64,000 bases of DNA from Camelus ferus (lineage: Eukaryota). The notes beneath the pieces were generated by a model that made no database searches, had not been told where the DNA came from, and worked only from the letters and a program-made list of their open reading frames with translations. The position numbers and the translations under genes are program-made. Below, piece by piece: positions 13,401 through 24,040 of the stretch (positions are counted from its first letter, which is position 1; the number at the start of each line of letters is the position of its first letter). The stretch is from contig NC_045697.1 of NCBI RefSeq assembly GCF_009834535.1, positions 76,138,001 to 76,202,000 on the forward strand, in the 5' to 3' direction.

Positions 13401-16400
13401 CAGGGCCCCTGCTCTGAAATATTTAACAGGCTTCTGCATCTTCTCACTCTAGAAGAAGACAAGAATTCAAGCCACAGTTTACTGTACTTTAAGAATTCAC
13501 AGACACCAAATGTGCTATTATTATATAAAGGTGCTTTCTCCTTAGGCCCAATTCATCTGAACTAAGAATTCTTATTTTAAATTCTCTGACACATTCATTT
13601 ATAAGATTTATGGTATAGATACACCTCTAAGAATTTCTGTAAGTATGTAATTGGCCAATTAAAATTTCCCTTCAAAAGAAAAAAAGCCTGATTGGCGAAA
13701 GCTGTTCTCCTGTGTAGGCAATACTCTATTCAGGTCATAGGTAAAAGCTGTGCGTGCAGACGTATGTCAGTGTTCGTCTAAAAAAGAGCAAACGCATATA
13801 GAATTGTTACCACGAGCTACCAGCAGAAACATTTCTGTGTGTGCCAGCTGGCCACAGCTGGTATTCTCTGGATTACCTGCACTTGCATCTAAACAGAAGA
13901 TTTTGTGTGGGGAAGGGGCAGGCAGGGCCCTCCCCCACCCTCAGATATTTTTTCAATTCTAACACCTGAGGGCAGCAGATGCAGTAAACAAGCAGTTGTT
14001 TGGAATGGAAATCCAAGTAACAGGGATGCCGGCGGACTGCTCCTGCTCCCACCCTAGGCCAAAACACAAATGGTCACCCTGCTCCTGACACCCTAGATGC
14101 AACCTATCACCGTGGATGTCAGTTACACAAACACTCAGTCCTGCTAAGGACAGAGCTAAATTAGAGCAAGAGGCAGAAGTGTGGTTAGGGTGAAGAGGAG
14201 AGGCTGCCTTCCGGTTAAAGTGTTTTGGGTCTTAGACACATTAAAAACAGCTGTTAGGTATTAAAAACCAAAGACTGCAACTCACTTCGGTCGGACCCTT
14301 GAAGAAAAAATTGAAGGTAGTCTTGTGGTTAAAACTGAAAAGCTTTTGGAACTGTGCAAACTGCAGAATATTGCCAAGAAAATGTGCCTAAAATGTAACA
14401 GACTAAAGCAAAGCAGTAGATAACAGGGTAGGGTAACTGTTTCCTCACCACACCCCTTTCCTCCACTCTGCACCCACCAACATTTATTCTGGCCACAGAT
14501 CTTTCCTAAACAATGAATGACTGTTCAACTAACTGACCTCAAAATTTTAATACGTACACTAACAATAAATACTTTCCATTCTAGTAATTTTAAATGGGGG
14601 GGGGGTGGTGGGAGAAAAGGCTAGAGAGACCTAAGGCAGAAAATGTTGGTTTAAAGAGGGAGAAGCTTAACTTTCAATATTCTTGGAGATAATTTACAAA
14701 TATCAATCGATTTTTATTATATTGACTTTTTAAAAATTGTTTTGAAAGGAGAAGCAGCTGAACAACAGAATAAATTCCACAATTACTTACTAAGCATTAA
14801 CTGTATACACTGCCAAAAAGTGTAAGATTATCTTAGCGGTATTTTCTGTTGTTACAAAGTCAGAGATTATAATTTGATTTGTTGTAAAGATTCTTTGTTA
14901 TTCTAAAAGGCCTTCAGCAGAAATCTTCAATTATTCCTTGTCTAAGACGTATCTACTCCAAAATACCAGCAAAACAAAAACAGCCCAACTTAAAAGAAAT
15001 ACCTGATATGTACGCATGTTTAATTCAAACAGATATAAAGTCTCCTACACATTTGAAAACTCAGAAGCATTTATTTGGGTGGTCTCTAAATATTAATCTA
15101 TATTTGCTCTTACTAGTTCATCCACTTTTTAGGTAAGAGATTCATACATACCACATAGACATTTCTATCATTAAATATTTGAAAAGCCTTTTAAAATATA
15201 ATGTGAAATCGCTACTTCCTATAACAACCATCACAAGACTTCCAAGATCTCCACGTTAGCTGTTATGTGAAAATTAGAAAAATCTTATCCCCTACCTGAA
15301 AGGTCAAACATCTTTCCAAAATTTGTGGGAAAAAATTACGATAACTTCTAAATCAGAGTGCCCACTTAAAGTGGTTTTACTTCATAGACCTATCACTTCA
15401 ACAGTTGAGAACCACAGATAATCAAGATAACCACAGATACTGTTTGCTGATGACTGACTGGGAGCTACTCCTCTCTGCTACTTGGAGCATCTTGCTCCCA
15501 CATTCTGTTCACTGAGGTATTAACAACAGTACGTGCCCAAACATCTGTGACTGATTTTTATCACTTGGTAGAAGCTCTGGGCAAATATGGCAAGGACTAC
15601 AAATTCCATCCTATAATCCTAGATTCAACTCCCAGGAGGGCCAGTTAGACGGAAATCCTCACCTCCAAGGCCCAAACGTATGAGTTTTTCATTGGGGTTT
15701 GCGTGGTGGTGGGAGACCGAGGCCAGAAAGGTAAATATATTGACGGATCAGTAGAACTCCATTACCACCTTCAAAGAGCTGATTCTCGGGGAGAACTCCA
15801 CCACCAGCACACTTCACATGTTCTACACAAGTTACCCTTTACATGTTTTCTTCCTGCCTAAGTGAGGTTTCCACTTCTCAGCAAAAGAGAAAATATCATC
15901 AAATAACATCTAAAATTCTTCATAGTGTTATCATTTGCATAATGCAGAACGCAGTTACAATGCCACTGCATTTTTAGAACTTAAAAATTAACTGAACTCC
16001 GAGATTAAAAAAAAGAACAGTTTTCATTAGAGTAATCTTCAGGTGATACTTTCTTAACAATTCACAATAAAGTAAAAACAGCTCATTCCCCTACCCCACG
16101 CCAAACCGATTTTAAAGAAACATTAGCTAATACAATCAAATGAGACACTTTAGAAAGCTGAAGTAACATTCTGAACATTCAGCTCCAAACGAGCCAAAGG
16201 AGTTCTGATTCTAGACAGCTTATGGGCAGTGAGAGCCATACAGCACTTAGTTAATTGAAAGACTAAATCAATCTCTTTCAACAGAGTAGAAAGCAAATAC
16301 TCATAAAATCATGAATTTGCTGATTTAAATTCATTTGATTTCATCATAGCTCATGATCTGTTTTTTATTAATCTTAACTAATAAGCCAAAAGTTAAAATT

Positions 16401-16588
16401 CCAAGTGCAAAACATCAAACGTAGCATAATTTTAAGGCAACCATTCCTCATAGCAGGTCTTATGTAGCAATGACCGGACATATATAATGAAAGCATTTCC
16501 AGTGTGTTTAAAAAAACAAACATTTTTGCCAAAATATAAGTTAATTTGCACTTCTGAAAATAATTTGCAACATCAGCATGTTACTCAC

Positions 16589-16722
16589 TGTTCTCGGGAT
16601 GGGTGGAGAAAGAGATCCATTTGACATGTATGGGTCATTATTCATATTTGGCATCATTATGTACCCTGAATAACTCGAGTAAGAGGGTCCCTTGTTGTAG
16701 AGGCCTCCATCTGGATGCTTTC
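16589..16722 (-). CDS. LEF1: LEF1 exon 3 (134 nt, start of the context-dependent regulatory domain)
   Basis: tctctcag|GA AAG CAT CCA ... AGA ACA|gtgagt = (G)KHPDGGLYNKGPSYSSYSGYIMMPNMNNDPYMSNGSLSPPIPRT. Confidence 0.99.
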
Positions 16723-16739
16723 CTGAGAGAATGCAAAGA

Positions 16740-16910
16740 ACAATCAATGACACATTGACTTCCTTTTTATATCACTGTATTTTTCATTTGAAAAGTTAAT
16801 GGTTCTACGACAAATCAGACCTTACATAAAAGATTTGTTTACAAAATATTGTAACTGGATTATTATGCTCTATTTTAGATTGACGGTATTTATTCTCTTA
16901 AATGGCTTAG
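16740..16910 (-). promoter_or_regulatory. LEF1 promoter 2 (intron 2) for dominant-negative LEF1
   Basis: TATAAAAA at 16764-16771 (-), 49 nt upstream of exon 3, directly followed by ETS core GGAAGT; YY1-like AAATGGC at 16900-16906; in-frame Met116/Met117 codons at 16652-16657. An intron-2 promoter is established for human LEF1. Confidence 0.75.
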
Positions 16911-18153
16911 CAGTGAACCAGATGTTTTAAAAACATGTGGTTCAATTTACTTCCACTACTGACTGGTGTTTTTACAAAAATAAGTGTTATCCATCTAACT
17001 TAATTTGTTCTAATACTAACAAACTGGACTAAGAAATACAGACAGATGAAAGAAGACACACAAACATAAAGCTGTAATATAAATACATTAGGCCATTCAG
17101 CTCTACACACACGTATACATTTACTCTACTTAAAGTTATGCTCCAGCTTACAGGCAGACTCAAAAATTCTACCTGTGCTTCTAGGTTTCTAGAAAATGCC
17201 TACATTTTACTGAGTGAGAGAGTTGTATCTAGTGTACAGGAAACTATCCAAATTCATGAAGGATTAACTCCAGGAGACTTAATTTTATGTGCTACACTTA
17301 CATCATTCTGCCAAAGAAACTTGTGTGTATTCAGTGTATACATTTCTTCTCTTCAATCTGTGTAACTACTTTGTAGCTCAGAAGGAAGCCTGATATTATA
17401 CTCTCTTTCCTTCTTCCCCTGGCTGACATGTTGTACATGTGAACACTTCATTCTGGTCAGGCCAATTGTGAGTAATTAAAGGAGAACAGAAATGGACACT
17501 GTTCAACAAAGGAACCCTACAGATTACACATTCTTTTAAAGTCACAGAGAGTTCTCTTTAAATCTTAAAATATATACATAATTTTTAATGTTTTGAGCAA
17601 GAATAAGAAATGGGGAGAAAGTCTGACTATCATGTTCTGTATGCATCATTCCTAACTTTAAGAATTAAGTTTTATATTTTTAAAGGTTAGATTCTTCTTT
17701 ACTGAGCCATATTTAGTATGCACATACACTATAACAAGAAACAGCAATTTTACAAGTGAAAATCCTTTTGAAACTATTCTTGTTGGAAAATAAATTGATG
17801 TAGACTGTTACTTTGTAACAATTCAGGAAAAAAATACTAAAGATCTATTTATAATTAGAACTTTAGGTAAAGTGAGGAAAAGACGAAAACTCATCATAGA
17901 CATTTCTCTTCCACAAAGAATTTGGAAGCCAACTGAAATCCAAAGGCCCCTCACTCATTTAAATTCACAGTTTTTACACTGTAAACACACATTATGGAGA
18001 AACAACAAATTTCCTGTTTTTTTTTTTTCCATTTTAACAAATGTCATATTACATCTAATCTGGGTTTCTTGGACGAAAATAAAAAACATCCCTATATTCA
18101 CAAATTGCACATGTTAAACAATAAAACTGGGAGAAGTAGAGTTAGTGTCTTAC

Positions 18154-18220
18154 CTTCATCAGGGTGTTCTCTGGCTTTGTCATGGTAGGACTCCTGAGAA
18201 GTTTGTGCTTGTCTGGCCAC
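18154..18220 (-). CDS. LEF1: LEF1 exon 2 (67 nt), absent from the ORF track in this frame
   Basis: Reverse complement reads ttag|GTGGCCAGACAAGCACAAACTTCTCAGGAGTCCTACCATGACAAAGCCAGAGAACACCCTGATGAAG|gtaaga = VARQAQTSQESYHDKAREHPDE(G); phases join exon 1 and exon 3. Confidence 0.98.
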
Positions 18221-19347
18221 CTAACAGCACAATTCCCCACCCCCAAAAGAAAGGAAATCACCTTAGAATTTATGACAATACCAAAGTAAGTGTGATTCCA
18301 CTGGTAACTCAAAGGAGGAAGATTAGGTGCAACTCAACCTGCCTGTTTTCTTAATCTTAGAGAATAGGCTAGGGTTGAGTACTGGGAAATCTTTTCCTTT
18401 TCAACATGTGTTTCTGAGAATTATCTACCCAGGACTAGAAAGTATAAATAATAATAAAAACAAATTTGGAGACGGTCCGTATGCTGTTCGCTAAAACACA
18501 TCAAGGCTACTTGGATGCCCAATGTGATAGGAATCTGAGTTAATGGGGTTGATGGTTCTGATAGCTTCTTCAACCACTGTTCACTTCAATCAGAACTCAT
18601 TAAACAAGTGAAGAACGATTTTGCAACTGAAAATGACATTTTAAATAAAAACAAGCCCACTACTGACAAATGAGGGTCTTCGGCAACTGTCCCAAACCAG
18701 TTCAAGCAGGAGCTCCACTCCTCCTAATCTACCATGGTTAGCTGACTACAAGCTTACAAGAGAAAAGTGAACTATTCTGTGGTTAAAGGGAGGAAAATTT
18801 GAGAGTTGGGTCATAGACACCTAAAAGGTAGCCCAGCTAATATCAGTTCTGGTAACCACCATCCACCCAGACTTAACCACGTGCAAATCAGTGGTATTAC
18901 CCCTTCACCATCTTCGTTGGGCCTGCCCCATGCCCACTTACCACCGGCAAAGATTAACACAGCCCTTATACCTGGGTTCTGGGCTTCAAACGCAGGGCCC
19001 TTCTCCGCAGGGCAGAAACATGCAGAAAATGGTAAGTGGCTGGCAAATTTATTTATAGAAAAAGAAAGGACAAGCAAAATGGCTAGAAACAAAACAAAAC
19101 AAAAGGCTGCTCTACAAATCTGAGTTTGGCCTCGAGTGTTCGGGATGTTATTTGGTTCCTTGGACATACGTCCTCCCAGTGACCTCCTCCTACAACACAC
19201 ACATGATCACACACCTTTCAAGTAGGGCTGGCTGCAACCTAGCTGTCCCTGAATAGGCATGTTGGGATGAAAGATTCAGGGGACTAGAGAACACCCCCAT
19301 GTTCTCCTTAGAACCCAGGTCCCCGGCCTTCCAAAATGCGTACTCAC

Positions 19348-19356
19348 CCCTGCCAT
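19348..19356 (-). CDS. LEF1: Coding part of a candidate alternative first exon in intron 1 (Met-Ala-Gly), giving an isoform without the beta-catenin domain
   Basis: Minus strand CCCA ATG GCA GGG|gtgagta: strong donor, phase 0, in frame with exon 2; lies just downstream of the CpG-rich part of intron 1. From memory, human has an equivalent short-N-terminus isoform. Confidence 0.7.
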
Positions 19357-20672
19357 TGGGATAAAGAAGGTAACTCTGATGTGTTCTTAAACTTGCTGTT
19401 TAAAACCCAAAATGTCCCCGCCCTCAAAACCACAAGCTTTCTTTTTGGGGGCAGAAGGATGCCATTTAAGGAAAAAGGGTATACCCTCCAAATTTCTTTG
19501 GAGGGAAAAAGCGTTGGTGAAATCATCTGAATGTCAGGTCTTTTCTACCGGATTTCCTCCAAAGCATTGCCCAGTTGTGAACAAGTGTGGCCAGTGGAGT
19601 GTCGGGTATCAGGGTCCATCCGCTCCCCCCACCCCTCATCTTTTGAAGCTCTCCTCGCGGCCTGAAATAGCCGTTCCGCGCGGTCCGGTTCGCGGCTCTC
19701 TCTCGCCAGCACCCACGTGTCTCTATTTACTCTACTCGGGTTACCAGCGCTATCGCCCGCAGCGGGCCAGGAGATCTGATAAAGGCGCTTTCCACCCTCC
19801 CCTGAGTGGGTGCCCTGGCTTCCGCCGCATCTCGACTCTGACTCGCCTTTCTTCTGCATAGATTTAAGGCCTGATCTTGGCTCAAACTAACCCCAGAGAG
19901 AAGCGTGGTATTTTTTTCTTCTTCTTCTTTAAGTGAAGGTGGTTGGAGAAAACTAGTGTGGCGGGCAGTACTGCCAGGGCCTCCAAGAAGTGGCTCGACT
20001 CAGCGCTCCCACGGCTCACGGCAGCCTGCGCCGGCGCTGGAACTCCAGCGGCCGCAAGGACCCGGTCCCGCACCGCCCCCGCCGCCCGAGCGCGCGCCCC
20101 CTCGGCCGGCCGGCTCCTCGCGAGCCCGGCTTGGCGGCGGTTGGGACGGCCCCGCCTGTCCCCGGCCCACGCCCGCCTCCCCTTCCTCTCTGCCTTGCGG
20201 CTCTGCTCGTCTCTACCTAAACCTTTGGTGGTTTAACGCACTTTTGCAGAGACATCTACCGAGAGAGAGAGAGAGCGCGTGCACTTTGTTTTCCGTTCTA
20301 CGGAAGAACTTCTCAGTTGTGCTGTTCATCCTCGCTTTAAGGCATCGCACCCTCTCAACCCCAGTAAAAAAGTCCGAAGGTGAAACGTTACGGGTTAAAG
20401 GCAGCTTCTCCTGGCCGCAAACCAACGGTTTAATCTCCGAACCCCAAAACTGATCCACTTGTAATGTTTCCCTCTACACCCCTCTACACACACACACACA
20501 CGAATAACGTTGACTAGGAACCCATCATCTACCCCCATCCTCCCACCCTGCTCCCAGCAGACCTATTCGGGACCAGTCAGGCCGGGCTGCTGGGTGCCTT
20601 CCCTCCTTTATTCCCTCTGCTCTTCCCGGGACCCGCCACGCCTCTTGGAGCTCGGGGCAGCGGCCCGCTCAC

Positions 20673-20885
20673 CTCGTGTCCGTTGCTCGCCGGGATGATT
20701 TCGGACTCGTTAACCAAGGAGGACTTGATGTCGGCTAAGTCACCTTCCTCCTCAGGGTGACTGATTTCGGCGAAGATCTTCTCCTTCTGGGGATCGCCCT
20801 CGTCCTTGAAGGGAATCATCTCGTCCGTGGCGCAGAGTTCCGGGTCCCCCCCGCCGCCGCCGCCTGCCCCGGAGAGTTGGGGCAT
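20673..20885 (-). CDS. LEF1: LEF1 coding exon 1 (aa 1-71, beta-catenin-binding domain)
   Basis: ATG at 20883-20885; translates [71 protein letters not shown], the LEF1 N-terminus; 213 nt, followed by donor GAG|gtgagc (phase 0). Confidence 0.99.
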
Positions 20886-21787
20886 CCCGACCACTCTGTA
20901 ATCTCCGCTCCGCTGGGGGAGCACCACAGGCGACAGCAGAAAAGAGAATGGGTCAACGAAAGGTGGGGGAAGAAAAGGAGAATTGGAAGGATGCGTGAGG
21001 GAGGAGGGCGGGCGGAAGCCGGGCCGGCGAGCACGGGGCTGGCGGCCGACAACCAGAGCAGCTGCAGCGGCGCCCGAGTCCGGGCAGCCGCCTGCGCCTT
21101 CCCACTCCGCCGAGACCAACGCCGGCGCCCGTCCCCGAGGCCAAAGGACACAGAACTGCGAGGGCCGCCGCAGCCGGCGCCTCTGGGGGCGTCTGCGCGG
21201 CGCGCGCTAGGCTAGGCTAGGCTGCCGCAGCGGCCACCCCACGCCACCAGCGTCTCCCGGGTCTGCGCGCGGTGGACGCCGGTTCCGGAGGAGGTTCGAC
21301 TCTCCAAAGTGCACAGGAGGGTCCGTTGGCGTGTCTCTACGCAAACCTCTCCACCCTAGCTTCCCTGGATGCCAATCTGGGAGTTTGTTTTCCGAGAAAA
21401 GAAGGGAGCTGGGCAAAACGACTCCCTTTGCCCCAATAGAGACGGTGCAAGGAGAATCTGAAGACAACGAAATGTCCACTTCCTGGAGGGTATTACAAAA
21501 AAACCACAAAACCGAACAAAAACCAGCCACCCGGGTTGGAGATGTCCGTTTTAGAGCTTCTTATTTCCTTCCCTTTCGCTTCGGTTTTCCTTCTCCTGGC
21601 GCATTTAATCTGCCGGAGGAGGAGAAGGTGGGGGCGGAGGAGGAGGGGAAGAGAAAGAAAAGAAGTTTGCCAAGAATAAAGTTTGTGCCGGCGAGCGAAG
21701 GGAGTCGGCAGTGGAGGGCACGGCTGGGTCTTGGGGATTCACAGCAGGGGCCTTGGACCCAAATGCTTCTGCCGGGAGCTGGAGTCG

Positions 21788-21812
21788 ACACACACACAGA
21801 CACACGCGAGCG

Positions 21813-21864
<52 letters not shown>
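21788..21864. repeat. Compound (CG)5(CA)22 microsatellite in the 5'UTR
   Basis: Read directly: cgcgcgcgcg at 21811-21820, CA repeats 21821-21864, with a shorter CA run before. Confidence 0.97.
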
Positions 21865-21865
<1 letters not shown>

Positions 21866-21875
21866 CCCGACCCCT

Positions 21876-21967
21876 CTTTGTTCCCGGCTCGAGTTTCTCA
21901 GTCTGGCTCGCTCGCTCTCTTGCTCGCCGCTCTCCACGCCTCCGTCGGGCTGCTTGTCAAAGCAAAG
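21876..21967. promoter_or_regulatory. Two TCF/LEF Wnt-response elements in the 5'UTR (autoregulation)
   Basis: CTTTGTT at 21876-21882 (+) and CTTTGCTTTGAC at 21956-21967 (-), about 85-90 bp apart, matching the pair of downstream WREs I recall for human LEF1 promoter 1. Confidence 0.7.
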
Positions 21968-22313
21968 AACTGCACCCCTCGGGTTCGCCGAGCCTGGGGG
22001 AGGTGACGCCCCGAGCTGGGCCGCGTGCGGGGTTGCGGGCGCGTCCCGGCTCCTCGGCCCGAGAGCGCGCAGCCTGGTCCCTCCTCCGCGCCCTGCCCCG
22101 CAGGTGAGCGGCTGCGCCTCCCCACTGCTTCTCCTCCTCCCGCGCCTCGCCGGCGCTGAAAAGCTACCCACTTGCGTCGCTTCTCCTCCCCTTCCCCTCC
22201 CCCGCCTCCAGCTCTCCTTGGCTGCCCGCTGTGGGGGAGGAGGGGGACCGCGAGGAGGTGGTGATTGAGGACTTTTTTTTTCTTCTCCCAGAGCCTGTAG
22301 GACGAGTCCTAGT

Positions 22314-22318
<5 letters not shown>

Positions 22319-22355
<37 letters not shown>

Positions 22356-22372
22356 CGCGCGCGCGCGCGCGC
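22319..22372. repeat. Compound (GT)18-T-(CG)8 microsatellite upstream of the TSS
   Basis: Read directly. Confidence 0.97.
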
Positions 22373-23960
22373 TAGAGGAAAAATTTAGGCAACTTGGCGA
22401 GGGAAGGAAGGACCCGACGCTTCTTGAGCTTTCACGCGCTGCCCACGTGAAATTGACGAGAAACTCTGACCTAATGGTTTAACTTCACCATCTAAGTATC
22501 TTTTCTCGTCCCTTCCCACCCACCCCCCTTCCTCCGCCAGTCTCTCCCCCACCTCCTTTCCGCCGCCCTCTCACCCTCCCTTACTCTGGCAGTGGGAAGA
22601 AGATGAAAGAGAAGCCGCCGCAGCTGTGATCGACACCACATTGATAGATGCTCTGACAGAGGGGATGAGGCGGGAATCGAGGATAGAAGGAAAAGGGGGA
22701 ACAACACATTGCTCAACTAATATGAGAAAACGGAAGCGAGAAGAACAAGAGAGTTGTGGCTTTTCTAAATATGTTGTAAAAGGACAAGGGAATACATGCT
22801 AGCAAAAACAATCTCCGGGCTTACCGAAAAAAATAGGACGACGAAGAAAAAACTCAAGACTGGGTCTTAATTACCGCTTTTTAAGCAAGATCTCTTTCCT
22901 TACCTCCTCACCATGGGAATCACAGCGAGTAATGCTAGGTCTCTCATGAATTTTCGGAGATATACGCCAAGGAGGGGAAAGAGAAGGCAAAAGGACTCAG
23001 GAGAGCGAAGCCAGTAGGAGTGAGGACAGGGCAGTCTCTGGCACCTCAGACTGAACGCTCAAAGGGACCCTTGAAGATGCAAATCCGAATCCAACCTCAA
23101 AAATTCCCCAGCCTCCACCGTCTCTTTGATACTTTTTGTACAAGGACAGGACTTTTAAGGAGATGCTTTGTGAAAGTTACAGTATGAGCAAAGCTGAAGT
23201 TTGAAAACACATTACATTTTGTTCCTTGGCTCTCAAACCTCCTCAGTTAAAAATCCAGGCAAAATTATTATACTCAATACAGTAGCCATCTGTAAAACCT
23301 CAGAACAGTAAACAAGGGGCAGGAAGAAATGTGTCTCCATCTCTCTTAAATTGAAAATAAGAAAAACATTACAGAATCAGACTTTAGCTCCATTATACAG
23401 GAATCGTCATGCAAAGATCCCTCTTCTTTCCCTAAGGAGGAAATTGCAAGCTGCTAGATACTGTATAAGTAAAGATCTTAACAATGCTCCAAATGAGCAC
23501 TCAAAACTTCGCCTACTGATAATTACTTGCTAGGGATAGGAATTCACTAGGAAGCAATTTTAAAAACTACATCATTTAAAGGGTTAAGTTGCTCACATAG
23601 AGTGTGGCCAGTGGTCACACAGTAAATTCTATCTGGGGGGGACGGGTAAAATTAAAGGGCTGGTGACGGGACCCAGGAAGAGTGAAACATTAATTCCACT
23701 TTAAATAGCCGATAATGCTATGCCTTAGAGAAGAAAAACAAAAAGAATAATCTGCTAAAATATGTAAGGCAATATTAAAAAGGTGGGGGGGAACCTCAAT
23801 TTTATTTTTTGGTTGGTAGCGATATGCAACTTCCTCCGTGTAATGTCCCAGAGATGTGAACATGTAGCTGTGTCAGACATTATACCCTCTGTTCTAAAAG
23901 ATATATGGAAAACAAAGCCAAAAGTTCTCCCACAAATGCGCCAATCTGACCGATAAGAAA

Positions 23961-24040
23961 AGAACTGGAAAACTGTTTCACCAAAGCAACCAGAGTAGAA
24001 AGAACTGGAAAACTGTTTCACCAAAGCAACCAGAGTAGAA
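23961..24040. repeat. Perfect 40-bp tandem duplication
   Basis: agaactggaaaactgtttcaccaaagcaaccagagtagaa at 23961-24000 and 24001-24040. Confidence 0.98.

Larger units (their letters stand above)
1..16588 (-). other. LEF1: LEF1 intron 3 (partial; exon 4 and the HMG box lie beyond the window start)
   Basis: Follows the exon 3 donor; I saw no sequence encoding the expected next exon (SNKVPVVQ...); LEF1 intron 3 is tens of kb long in mammals. Confidence 0.9.
20886..22180 (-). other. LEF1: LEF1 long GC-rich 5'UTR (reported IRES region in human); TSS approximate
   Basis: Continuous GC-rich sequence upstream of the ATG resembling the ~1.2 kb human leader as I recall it (CAAGTGGGTAGCTTTTCAGCGCCGGCGAGGCGCGGGAGGAGGAG...). 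The TSS cannot be fixed from sequence alone. Confidence 0.75.
19600..22450. promoter_or_regulatory. CpG island covering LEF1 promoter 1, exon 1 and 5' intron 1
   Basis: Very high GC and CpG density, GC boxes, contrasting with AT-rich CpG-poor flanks. Confidence 0.93.

Noticed and set aside
16723..16755. Apparent in-frame start MSLIVLCILS before exon 3
   Set aside because: The codon is GTG in intronic acceptor sequence; the adjacent true ATG is out of frame (M-C-H-stop) and lies upstream of the predicted promoter-2 TSS.
19900..22270. Many long overlapping ORFs (up to 258 aa) on both strands
   Set aside because: GC-rich island with few stop codons; mostly non-ATG starts, low-complexity or microsatellite-derived peptides (HTHT, CVCV), no recognisable family.
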